A stretch of DNA of 64,000 nucleotides from Macrostomum hystrix (lineage: Eukaryota > Animalia > Platyhelminthes): the NCBI GenBank assembly GCA_950097015.1, contig CATNEN010000015.1, positions 930,001-994,000 of the forward strand. The letters are read 5' to 3'. Below the pieces are notes generated by a model. That model saw nothing but the letters and a program-made list of their open reading frames with translations. It did no database searches and was not told the DNA's origin. Shown piece after piece: positions 11,734-23,492 of this stretch (position 1 is the first letter of the stretch; every line of letters starts with the position of its first letter). Both the position numbers and the translations under genes were made by a program.

Positions 11734-12512
11734 ACTGTATAGAGGAGTGGCTAAGAGACATGTTTCTAAAGAAGTAATCAAGAGGGGGCTGTTTGGACAA
11801 ACTTTTCACTTATTTTTTACTTAAAACGCCCTTAAACAAACTCTTCACTTTTCATTAATGCAGTAAATAAATAAATGGTGACCTTCACTATAAAGTTAAT
11901 ACAGAGACGTGAATTGCTTACTGCTTTGCTTTAAATTTCTGCCCCAAAAACAACGGGCAAAAAAAGCTAGTATAATATATTTGGATGATTATTGCTTTGG
12001 GTTCCCGCACAACAACCACAGTGACATTACTTATGACACACCCGTAGTAGATGTTCATTTCGTTGCAAATAAATGTGAAGCTTCACGCGCATAAACATCA
12101 AAAGTGGTCTGAAAAACAAATCCTTCGGAAGCGAAAACTGTTTTCAGATTTCAAACATTTCAATGTATTTGGACTCGTGCACTGCACCCTGTGTTGCAGT
12201 ACTAAACTGGATGCTAGACAGTCCACAGTTGCTTTGCACTGCTATGCAATCACAAGGACTGAAGAAAGTACTCCAGCACTTAACGGATTATTTGTCACGG
12301 TTTCAGCATAAACAAAATCGTTAAGTCCTTGCGAACGCAAAAGGTGCTGCGGTGATCACCCCATGCCTAACAGAGAGTATTTAACAGTAGTTCAGACACG
12401 GACTATCCTGACTGCCTCACACTCTGCACAAACTGCAAACGCATAGTTCTAAACAGAAAGCTTTCAAACTAAATCTCTGTGCAATGCAATGAAATCCTTC
12501 AGTGGGCAAGTT

Positions 12513-15275
12513 ATGGAAACTGCAGCGCTGGCTCTGCTGCTCTGCTCGCTGGCAGCTGGCCAGGTCTCCCAGTGCGCAGCCACAGGCTCACCGGAGCTCC
12601 GCTTCGTCGCCCAGCTCAATATGAACGGCTGCGCGCTGTTCGTGCACGACACGGGAGCGAGCGACGGTCCTCACTTGGCAGTCGAGCCGGTCATGTGCGT
12701 GACGGACAGGCTTGAAGGCTTGAGTCCACTGTATGACGCAGTCACTGACGTGCTGTACCTGAGTATTCCTGTGCTGCTCAGAGATGCTGGAATGCTCGCA
12801 GCAGCTCAGCGCCATCTGGAGCACCTGTCACCGAGATCTGTGAGCTTCCTGACCATTTCAAGCATCCAAGCATCCATGGAAACCAACGTCACAGTGCAAG
12901 TTGATAGCTTCATTTGGAGCCCTGACGAATCTACGGGTTTCATCCGACTGCGAAGCCGAAGTGTAGTCGACATTTTCTTGTTTGCGTAAGTTCCCAGCAA
13001 TCAGCTCACGCTGCTAGGAATATAATAGAGTTCGATTGGATTTTAAATCGCAGCTCACGTCCTTTTCCGCAGATCAAAAATTCGATCAGCTCCATCGGTG
13101 GTGTTAAACAATCTGGTGCTGACCGCATCGACTCGTGTGAATGACACCTGCCATCAGCTCAGCTACCGCCCGATGCTGCAGAACCAGACCTTCTTTGATG
13201 CGGAAGAGGTGAGACAAAAATACTCCCTTCCGGCATGCCGTCAGCTGCGGTTCATCCGCTCGATCAACCTCGAGAACTGCACTGCTCGAGTGCACCAGAG
13301 ACTCGACATCAAGGGCCACTTACTCATCGAGCCTCTGCTCTGCCACAACATCAGCAGCTTGAGCAGCGAGTCAGTCATGTATGACTACAGCCGTAGCATG
13401 TACTACCTCAAGCTGCATGTAGTGCTACAAGATGAGGCCACACTGGAAGCTGTGAGGTCTCAGCTTGCTGATCTGTACCCTCGCTCGGTCACCTTCATGA
13501 AACTGTGGAGTGCTCAGAGCATTGTGAGCTCGGCCTTGAGTTCTCGCTTCTCAATCGGTCCGCTGATGGTGTCTGCAGACTGGAAGACTGCTCAGCTGCA
13601 GTTGTTCTGCAGATTCGAGAAACAATGCCATGTGCTGAGGTCTGTGTAAAGATGTACTTTCTTAGGATAAATGAAAATACAAAAAAATTCATTTTTCAGG
13701 TCCGGAATAATTTTCGAGCCAGTCAACTTGTTTCGCCACATTGGGTGGCAGGTGACGTCGATAGTGAGTCAGCTGTGCCTTGCCAAGTCGGACAAGCCGC
13801 GGTTTCTGTGGAGAATGAGACAAACTGGAGCAGAGTTTCAGCAGGCTCGGTTCATATGTGATCTCCCAAACTGTGATCTCCCCTCGAAGTTTCTCAGCGT
13901 GAAGCAGGTTGGCCGGAACTTCATCAAGATCCAGCAGAGGACCACCGGGAGTGTCAGTTTCCAACGCACCTGGGCTGAGTATGAGGCGGGGTTCGGCGAT
14001 GAGACAGACTTCTGGATCGGTGTGTGAATTCGTCTGCTTTTGATTTCCAAATTATGAGTAAAGAGGAAAAGTGTGTTTGGAGGCGAGTTTAGCTGTTGAG
14101 CTGAGTTAAAAAAGAATCGTAGTGGTAAAATGAGGTGTTAAAAAAGACAAGAAAATTGGAAAGTAATCTCTTGCAAGAACAGGTGGGAGAAGAGATTTCT
14201 GTGGCTAATGGTTGATTGACCAAAGCAAACAAGCTAGAAGCTGCGCGAGGTTCGACCCCTATTTTTGTGTGTGACTAACCGAAAGCATTGATAGGTTAAA
14301 GGCCACCATCAGTCATAGATGATGTCATATAACCACTTTTTTCTTCAATGAGACTGACTGACCATGTGGCGAGAATAGTCTTGTCCATATCTTCTTTTGA
14401 CGTTGGGGCAGGCTACTGGGTTGGTCAAAATAGATGAAAGCCTTTGGTTTCCTGGAGCACGGGTAACTTGAACGGATCTGTCGAGAGCACCCTTGTGGTT
14501 CCCTATATCTAGGTAGGTGCATCTTCAATCTTCAATGGACTCTCTAAATCTAATAACTTTTGCGTTCTCAGGGGCTTGTATTAGAAAACAAGTTCCCTCC
14601 AAAACAGGTTTGTTCCAGTTGAGCTGAAAAACTCAGATTGTAGGAATTTGATCATGAGACAGCTTAATATAATAGCGATGTGAGAGTACTAGTGTTACCT
14701 TGGCTTTCGTTTTACTGTATTCTTATATAGTTAGATTATTTACAGTCTGGTCAGTCCCGGTCTACGCAAGCCGCTTCACAGCAAAATAAATTAATCAATT
14801 ATCAGCTGAATCTGGCCATTCACATCAGCGCCTCCGAATTCTGTCCGACCCCGCAGGTCTCTTCGCCATCCACTCGCTGAGCGCAGGCGGTGCCACACTC
14901 AGAGTGGAGATGGAGCTGTTGAATGGGACTGAGCTGCATGCTGAGTATGCTGGATTCCAGGTTGGAGACGCCAGCACCAAATATGAGATGACGTACCGAG
15001 AGATGCTGAGGGACAGGTCCAATGCTGGATTCGATGCCATGGTGACTCACAAAGACATTCGCTTTTCCACCATGGACAGCGACAATGACAAAAACAGCTA
15101 CGGATCGTGCTCGAATACTTGGGGCAAGGGTGGGTGGTGGTTCAACCATTGCTATTACTTCAATCCAAACGGAATCTTTCCTTCAGGACAGACAACAGAC
15201 TGTACCTACATGGCGACACAGCTGAGGTCCCAGTGCTTGTCTCTCCGCTCAGTGCGGCTTCTGCTGGAGCTGTGA
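12513..15275 (+). CDS. Secreted fibrinogen-related protein, copy 1 (signal peptide + 2 unrecognised repeat domains + FReD), ~592 aa
   Basis: Exons 12513-12985 (alternative ATG 12489), 13073-13639 (or 13645), 13700-14019 and 14857-15275, with consistent phases. Signal peptide METAALALLLCSLAAG. FReD motifs IQQRTTGSVSFQRTWAEYEAGFG..FWIG, FSTMDSDND and GGWWFNHC..NPNG. Confidence 0.88.
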
Positions 15276-16307
15276 TCAGCAGCAGCTGAGGAATCGGCCA
15301 AGGACAGCAGAAAATTAAACTTCTCCGCTGCAGCCAGTGGCAACTAAATTCTGAAACAATCTGATACAATAACCGCATGAGTACAGGAGGAAATTACTAT
15401 TTAATTACCTTACTATATGCAAAATTGAACTAAAAGTCAGAGCTCAAAAATCTAAATGACTAGATGAGATCATACTGCTGCGGGATTTAGTAAGATCGGA
15501 TTAAATATACTCAAATTTATACTCACACTGCTCATTCACCAGCTGTTTTAGTATTGATCTGACGCTATTGAAGACAACCATGATAGAAAGAATTTTGCTG
15601 TATGCCTCAGAGACCTCGGGAGCTGGGGAGTCTTGGAACAATGGACCATTGGACAGAAGTCTAATTTAAAGAATAAGTTTTAGGGATTGTAAAGCCATTC
15701 TCAAAGTAAATCCAAACTACTGACAGCAACGACTCCCGTTCAGAACTGGGTATGTTCCGACTTCTTTACTGCATACAGAAAATACGTACTCAGTACTGGG
15801 CTTCACTCTCTAATCGACAAGACTCTATTATCTCGAAATTAGTAACCGATTGGACTTATGAACAGCAGCGTGATGCAAAACTGTCTCCTGACCACAAAAC
15901 AGAATCCATAAATCTTCATAGGTGAACTTTGAAGCAGAATTTACAAGATTCTGGAGACAATGGGCTGAGAAATCTGTAAAACTTAGTTATTTTTAGTTTA
16001 AGACAATAGAAAAATATTTGCATTTTCTCTGTCCCGAAATTAGAAGCATCCTAACCAACTTTCGTCTGGGAAAACACAATTTATCGTGTGGAACATTTAG
16101 GTAAGACCTAGAATTCTTTACGGTGATAGGACTTGCACAAAGTGTAGCTCAGAAGTAGAAAAAGAAGTCCATTTTCTCTTAAAGTGTCGCTGGAGTCCAT
16201 ACAGTTCAAGCAGGGAGACATGCACACACCTAATGGTACAAGAGAGTAAAGAACTAACAGGAAAACTTATGGACAATTTCATAAAAAGACAATTTCAAAT
16301 TAAAGAA

Positions 16308-16553
16308 AGGTCCACTGTCGGATTCGATGCTATGGAGCACCACAAAGGAGCGCGCTTCTCCACCATGGACAGCGACAATGACAAAGTGCTCGAATCGTGC
16401 TCGAATGCTGGGGGCAAGGGTGGGTGGTGGTTCAATAATTGCCATTTCTTCATTCCAAACGGAATCTTTCCTTCAAGAAAGACTTTAGACAGGGCCTACA
16501 TGATATGGTACACCATCTCTCTCCGCTCAGTGCGGCTTCTGCTGGAGGTGTGA
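16308..16553 (+). pseudogene. Orphan 3' half of a FReD terminal exon (third P-subdomain variant), followed by homologous 3' flank
   Basis: GFDAMEHHKGARFSTMDSDNDK...GGWWFNNCHFFIPNG...LRSVRLLLEV*. Homology begins abruptly at AGGTCC (16308). The upstream part of the tool's ORF is non-homologous. Confidence 0.8.
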
Positions 16554-18842
16554 TCAGCAGCAGCTGAGGAATCGGCCAAGGACCGCAGAAAATTAAACTT
16601 CTTCGCCGCAGCCAGTGGCACCTCAATTTCCACTGTGCTGTAACAATGTATTCACCAGCCTTATCTGAAACAATAGCTGCAATAATATTCAGAAAAACTT
16701 CCCATTTAATCAGCTTGCTGAATGCACAATTAAACTTGTGAATTGATTATATTGCATGGTTAATTCAGTAAGATCGGAGTAAATATATTTAACTCTGTGC
16801 TCACGCTGCTCAATAACCCGTTTGTTTTAATGAGATTTAAGACTTTCGAAGACAGCTCGAAACCGAAGTTAGCGAACAATACAATGAAGTAGCTCACGTC
16901 TTGTGAGAAAGCCCAATAAAATGGAAACCTGTATCATATGAGAGTCCTTCTTTAGCTGTGAGTAAGGAACTCTGCCCTTCTGAAATAAAAGCCTGCTCAG
17001 GCCACCTGGAACTCATTAGTCTGAGCATTTAATTGCACATTGACTGCTCATGACGCTAATACTGTCTTGATTAAAACCGACAATCACGCGCATCACGCTA
17101 CTGAGGCTCAGTAGGTAGAGTGGAAAATCAGTAATCAAAGTCTATCAGAAATCCAATGCTGCCAATAAACTGATCCAGCTGCCAAAGCGCTGAGGAAATC
17201 TGGTGATAAGCTACACTTATCCTACTACTCACCGCAAACAGCAGTAGTATGATGCCAATTCATTTCTCAGGTCTCCGAATTATCGTTCTAATAATTAATA
17301 ATCTCAGAACGCACTGTTAAAATACGCAAAGGTATTGAGTCAAACAAAACCGACAATATCGCCCTTAGAAACAGGAGCACCAAGGTCTGAAAGCCGCCAC
17401 GCACAAAGTTCAGCATCTCATTTTCAACTCAGCTGGTTCTGTGAGCTCTCAAATCACTCAGCCCCAGAGGTAAAGAAAAGAAGGCTCTCAGATGTCAGCG
17501 ATTGATTTTCGCCTGCTTGGCAAATCGAATGCTGCTCGGAGTTCAAGTAGTTTTCCTCAAGCCACTTGCACCGAAAGCCTGACAGACAGGCCACTTGCAT
17601 GACGTCACCGCTTCGAGTTCCAAGCGTCTAGTTGCTGGGGGCAGACTAAAAAAAGACTGAAATTTATTGTAAACAAAATTTCTGTGCCCGCACAACATCG
17701 CCGATGCTGGCAGTAGGATTATCCCTGCATGGCGGGAGGCTACGCATGGATTAAGCTCACCAGAGTCACGCAAGCGGTCGCTCAGGTGTTGCTGCGCTGA
17801 ATCTGTTGGCTGGCATGACACACGAGATCCGCCTATTTGCTTATCCCCACTGCCTCACTGCTACAGGGCACTGCGGTGCTGCACTCGGCAGTCGGGTCGC
17901 TGAGCCGATAATTGCATGTCCTACCCCGAGCCGCCACCACCCACCCTCTGCGGTGAGTATACTGTATTATGGAGCTCTGAGTTGAGAAGCTGGAGAGACA
18001 AGCACCACCAAACCCTCATTTTCCTGCTGCCAGTATGGGCTGACTGGCCCAAATTTCCTTAAAATTTATTATTAACTGTAGCTGAAACATGCAAAATGGG
18101 GGTTTGACGTGGAGTTGTCGCTGTATTTCTAGATTCAGAGCTCTATGAATGTATAGATTCGACTCTTCTTTGTACTCAAGTCGCCCATCTGAGCAAACAG
18201 CCTGTGCCAAGCCCTACTAAACTCCCGTCCTGGCTAATGAGACATGGAGGCTCCGGTTTCGGGATCGTTCGGGATAGCCCAATCTTGTCTCGTCTAGTGT
18301 TTCTATATTTTTCATTTTTTATCCTTTCACCAAACGAGTCCTTGCTATAGCACTGCCTATGTCGAGCGTCGAGGTATCGCTTAAAAAACCGCTTTCCCGA
18401 CTGTCCGCAGTCATTGCCGGAGCAAGTTCAGAACCTTCGGAACCTTCAGAAATTATTTCAAATTTTTCTTTTTTTTGAGCATTGTTTTAAGCGTTATTCG
18501 ATCAAAAAATAGCTTATTTAATAATAATAATTATAAAACTTTATTCGACGAACACTGATCGAAACCGTTTTCTAAAGTGCTCGACGATTTTCTAAATGTG
18601 TCCAACGATTTTCTAAATGTGTTTAACAGTTTTCTAAATGTATCTACCGTGCCACATGTAACAGGAGATGTAACATGAGATATTTGTTGCCTTCTGGGCT
18701 GAGTAAAACGATGGACACATCGTTTCTATGCTATTTGGGGGCAATGGTTTCCTGTCAAAGAAAAAGGGCGAAAATTTCTTGCTGCGAGTTTGGTAGCCTG
18801 CAAGTAGCCTCCATTCTGGTATTATGGAGGTTCTCTTCTGTT

Positions 18843-19402
18843 TGGAGAACATTAGTTCTCTGCTGCTGGGAGAACATTAGTTCTCTGCTGCTGGGAGGAC
18901 ATTAGTTCTCTGCTGCTGGGAGGACATTAGTTCTCTGCTGCTGGGAGGACATTAGTTCTCTGCTGCTGGGAGGACATTAGTTCTCTGCTGCTGGGGGAAT
19001 TAGTTCTCTGCTGCTAGGGGGGAATTAGTTCTCTGCTGCTGGGAGGACATTAGTTCTCTGCTGCTGGGGGAATTAGTTCTCTGCTGCTGGGGGAATTAGT
19101 TCTCTGCTGCTGGGAGTATTAGTTCTCTGTTGCTGGGGGAATTAGTTCTCTGCTGCTGGGGGAATTAGTTCTCTGCTGCTGGGGGAATTAGTTCTCTGTT
19201 GCTGTGGGAATTAGTTCTCTGCTGCTGGGAGTATTAGTTCTCTGCTGCTGGGAGTATTAGTTCTCTGTTGCTGGGGGAATTAGTTCTCTGCTGCTGGGGG
19301 AATTAGTTCTCTGCTGCTGGGGGAATTAGTTCTCTGCTGCTGGGGGAATTAGCTCTCTGCTGCTGGGAGTATTAGTTCTCTGCTGCTGGGTAAATTAGTT
19401 CT
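18843..19402. repeat. SatB-1: 23-25 bp tandem array (ATTAGTTCTCTGCTGCTGGG+GGA/AGGAC/AGT)
   Basis: Tandem units are directly visible, and the unit is related to the 20985-23492 array. Confidence 0.95.
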
Positions 19403-19683
19403 CATGGCAAAACCAGCGTTTGAATCATTCTAAGCCAGAGTCTGAATCATGGCTAAACCAGAGCTTGAATCATGGCTAAACAAGAGTTTGAATCATGGCT
19501 AAACAAGAGTTTGAATCATGGCTAAACAAGAGTTTGAATCATGGCTAAACCAGAGTTTGAATCATGGCTAAATTTAAGTTTGAATCATGGCTAAACCAGA
19601 GTCTCAATCATGGCTAAACCAGAGCTTGAATCATGGCTAAACAAGAGTTTGAATCATGGCTAAACCAGAGTTTGAATCATGGA
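19403..19683. repeat. SatC: 23-bp tandem array (CCAGAGTTTGAATCATGGCTAAA), ~12 copies
   Basis: Tandem units are directly visible. Confidence 0.95.
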
Positions 19684-19844
19684 AAAAATTTTATTTTGTC
19701 ATTGAATCGAATTCTCTAACTTTTGATTTTGTTGTGTTATATCATCATAATGATATTCAATTAATTCATTTAATTGTTGTACTTCTCAATTTTCTACAAA
19801 AGCAGCTAATATAAATATTCAACAGGCAAAAATTTTCAACTGAG

Positions 19845-20400
19845 GATCATTATCAATAGGGAGTAATCATCAAATGAGGGATCATGATCAACTGGGGGAT
19901 CATTGTCAACTAAGGGGTCATTGTCAACCGGCGGATCATTGTCAAATGGGGGATCATTGTCAACTGGGAATCATCATCAATGGGGATTATCATCAATGGG
20001 GATTATCATCAAATAGGGGATCATGGTCAACTGGGGGATCATGGTCAACTGGGGGATCATTGTCAACTGGTGGAACATTGTCAACTGGGGGATCATCATC
20101 AACTGGGGGATCATTGTCAACTGGGGGATCATTGTCAACGGGGGGAACATTGTCAACTGAGTATCATCATCAATGGGGATTATCATCAAATCGGGGATCA
20201 TGGTCAACTGGGGGATCATTGTCAACTGGGGGATCATTGTCAACTGGGGGATCATTGTCAACTGGGGGATCATTGTCAACTGGGGGATCATTGTCATCTG
20301 GGGGATCATTGTCAACTGGGGGATCATTGTCAACTGGGGGATCATTGTCAACTGGGGGATCAATCTCATCTAGAGGATAAATGCCATCTGGGGGATCATT
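19845..20400. repeat. SatD: 18-bp tandem array (GGGGGATCATTGTCAACT)
   Basis: Tandem units are directly visible and explain the GDHCQL / NWGIIV / STGGSL pseudo-ORFs. Confidence 0.95.
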
Positions 20401-20429
20401 TTATCTTTAAGAAGCTGTAAATTCAGCTG

Positions 20430-20983
20430 TTTACCAGTATTCTTAAAGTGTTTATCAGTTTTCTAAATGTTTTTACCAGTATTCTAAATGTTTTTACCAG
20501 TATTCTAAATGTTTTTAACAGTATTCTAAATGTGTTTACCAGTATTCTAAAAGTGTTTACCAGTTTTCTAAATGTTTTTACCAGTATTCTAAATGTTTTT
20601 AACCGTATTTCAAATGTGTTTACCAGTATTCTAAATGTGTTTACCAGTATTCTAAATGTTTTTACCAGTATTCTAAATGTTTTTAACCGTATTTCAAATG
20701 TGTTTACCAGTATTCTAAATGTGTTTACCAGTATTCTAAATGTTTTTACCAGTATTCTAAATGTGTTTACCAGTATTCTAAATGTGTTTACCAGTATTCT
20801 AAATGTTTTTACCAGTATTCTAAATGTGTTTACCAGTATTCTAAATGTGTTTACCAGTATTCTAAATGTTTTTACCAGTATTCTAAATGTGTTTACCAGT
20901 ATTCTAAATGTGTTTACCAGTATTCTAAAAGTGTTTATCAGTATTCTAAATGTTTTTACCAGTATTCTAAATGTTTTTAACAG
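20430..20983. repeat. SatA: 21-bp tandem array (TTTACCAGTATTCTAAATGTG); a degenerate short version lies at ~18567-18645
   Basis: Tandem units are directly visible (FTSILNV pseudo-ORF). Confidence 0.95.
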
Positions 20984-20984
20984 T

Positions 20985-23492
20985 AGGGGAGGAATTACTG
21001 CTCTGCTGCTGGGGGGATTACTGCTCTGCTGCTGGGGGGGGATTACTGCTCTGCTGCTGGGGAGGAATTACTGCTCTGCTGCTGGGGGGAATTACTGCTC
21101 TGCTGCTGGGGGGGAATTACTGCTTTGCTGCTGGGTGGGGATTACTGCTCTGCTGCTGGGGGAATTACTGCTCTGCTGCTGGGGGGGAATTACTGCTTTG
21201 CTGCTGGGGGGGGAATTACTGCTTTGCTGCTGGGGGGGGAATTACTGCTTTGCTGCTGGGGGGGGAATTACTGCTTTGCTGCTGGGGGGGGAATTACTGC
21301 TTTGCTGCTGGGGAGGAATTACTGCTCTGCTGCTGGGGGGAATTACTGCTTTGCTGCTGGGGGGGAATTACTGCTTTGCTGCTGGGGGGGGAATTACTGC
21401 TCTGCTGCTGGGGGGGGGAATTACTGCTCTGCTGCTGGGGGAGAATTACTGCTTTGCTGCTGGGGGGGAATTACTGCTTTGCTGCTGGGGAGGAATTACT
21501 GCTCTGCTGCTGGGGGGGGGGAATTACTGCTCTGCTGCTGGGGGAGAATTACTGCTTTGCTGCTGGGGGGGAATTACTGCTTTGCTGCTGGGGGGGAATT
21601 ACTGCTTTGCTGCTGGGGGGGGGGGAATTACTGCTCTGCTGCTGGGGAGGGAATTACTGCTCTGCTGCTGGGGGGGGGAATTACTGCTCTGCTGCTGGGG
21701 GAGAATTACTGCTTTGCTGCTGGGGGGGAATTACTGCTTTGCTGCTGGGGGGGAATTACTGCTTTGCTGCTGGGGGGGGAATTACTGCTCTGCTGCTGGG
21801 GGGGGGGAATTACTGCTCTGCTGCTGGGGGAGAATTACTGCTTTGCTGCTGGGGGGGAATTACTGCTCTGCTGCTGGGGGGGGGGGAATTACTGCTCTGC
21901 TGCTGGGGGAGAATTACTGCTTTGCTGCTGGGGGGGAATTACTGCTTTGCTGCTGGGGGGGAATTACTGCTTTGCTGCTGGGGGGGGGGAATTACTGCTC
22001 TGCTGCTGGGGAGGGAATTACTGCTCTGCTGCTGGGGGGGGGAATTACTGCTCTGCTGCTGGGGGGAATTACTGCTTTGCTGCTGGGGGGGAATTACTGC
22101 TTTGCTGCTGGGGGGGAATTACTGCTTTGCTGCTGGGGGGGGGGAATTACTGCTCTGCTGCTGGGGGGGGGAATTACTGCTTTGCTGCTGGGGGGGAATT
22201 ACTGCTTTGCTGCTGGGGAGGAATTACTGCTCTGCTGCTGGGGGGAATTACTGCTTTGCTGCTGGGGGGGAATTACTGCTTTGCTGCTGGGGGGGGGGAA
22301 TTACTGCTCTGCTGCTGGGGGGGGGGAATTACTGCTTTGCTGCTGGGGGGGAATTACTGCTTTGCTGCTGGGGAGGAATTACTGCTCTGCTGCTGGGGGG
22401 AATTACTGCTTTGCTGCTGGGGGGGAATTACTGCTTTGCTGCTGGGGGAGAATTACTGCTTTGCTGCTGGGGGGGGGAATTACTGCTCTGCTGCTGGGGG
22501 AGAATTACTGCTTTGCTGCTGGGGGGGAATTACTGCTTTGCTGCTGGGGGGAATTACTGCTTTGCTGCTGGGGGGGAATTACTGCTTTGCTGCTGGGGGG
22601 GGGGAATTACTGCTCTGCTGCTGGGGAGGAATTACTGCTTTGCTGCTGGGGAGGAATTACTGCTCTGCTGCTGGGGGGAATTACTGCTTTGCTGCTGGGG
22701 GGGAATTACTGCTTTGCTGCTGGGGGGGGGAATTACTGCTCTGCTGCTGGGGGGGGGGAATTACTGCTTTGCTGCTGGGGGGGAATTACTGCTCTGCTGC
22801 TGGGGGGAATTACTGCTTTGCTGCTGGGGGGGAATTACTGCTTTGCTGCTGGGGGGGGGAATTACTGCTCTGCTGCTGGGGGGGGGAATTACTGCTTTGC
22901 TGCTGGGGGGGAATTACTGCTTTGCTGCTGGGGAGGAATTACTGCTCTGCTGCTGGGGGGAATTACTGCTTTGCTGCTGGGGGGGAATTACTGCTTTGCT
23001 GCTGGGGGGGGGAATTACTGCTCTGCTGCTGGGGGGGGGAATTACTGCTCTGCTGCTGGGGGAGAATTACTGCTTTGCTGCTGGGGGGGAATTACTGCTT
23101 TGCTGCTGGGGAGGAATTACTGCTCTGCTGCTGGGGGGAATTACTGCTTTGCTGCTGGGGGGGGAATTACTGCTTTGCTGCTGGGGGGGGAATTACTGCT
23201 CTGCTGCTGGGGGGAATTACTGCTTTGCTGCTGGGGGGGAATTACTGCTTTGCTGCTGGGGGGGGGAATTACTGCTCTGCTGCTGGGGAGGGAATTACTG
23301 CTCTGCTGCTGGGGGGAATTACTGCTTTGCTGCTGGGGGGGGAATTACTGCTTTGCTGCTGGGGGGGAATTACTGCTTTGCTGCTGGGGGGGGGAATTAC
23401 TGCTCTGCTGCTGGGGAGGGAATTACTGCTTTGCTGCTGGGGGGAATTACTGCTTTGCTGCTGGGGGGGGAATTACTTCTCTGCAGCTGGGG
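20985..23492. repeat. SatB-2: AATTACTGCT(C/T)TGCTGCT + variable G-run array, ~2.5 kb
   Basis: An 18-nt core plus G-runs of variable length, with strong G-strand asymmetry. Confidence 0.95.

Larger units (their letters stand above)
9866..11970 (+). mobile_element. Non-autonomous (internally deleted) Helitron nested in the mariner
   Basis: 5' end TCTATATATATAAAAGTG+(GT)n, 3' hairpin GCCCC...GGGC followed by CTAG (11967-70). Inserted between A9865 and T11971 with no TSD. Contains a PIF1-helicase C-terminal fragment. Confidence 0.9.
8584..12047 (-). mobile_element. mariner (DD34D) transposon interrupted by a Helitron; ~1359 bp once the insert is removed
   Basis: 29-bp TIRs CT(T/A)CGGGTGTGTCATAAGTAATGTCACTG at 8584-8612 and 12019-12047, TA TSDs at 8582-83 and 12048-49. 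The empty site (AACAATT-TA-GTTGTTC) is at ~34890 in the paralogous copy. Confidence 0.95.
8104..18439. repeat. Segmental duplication, copy 1 (paralogous to 34411-40047)
   Basis: Colinear high identity from TTGCTTGCTAATTTCAG (8104/34411) to AGTTCAGAACCTTCG (18439/40047). Copy 1 additionally holds the 8584-12047 insertion and a ~1.3 kb extra segment (15017-16309). Confidence 0.9.
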
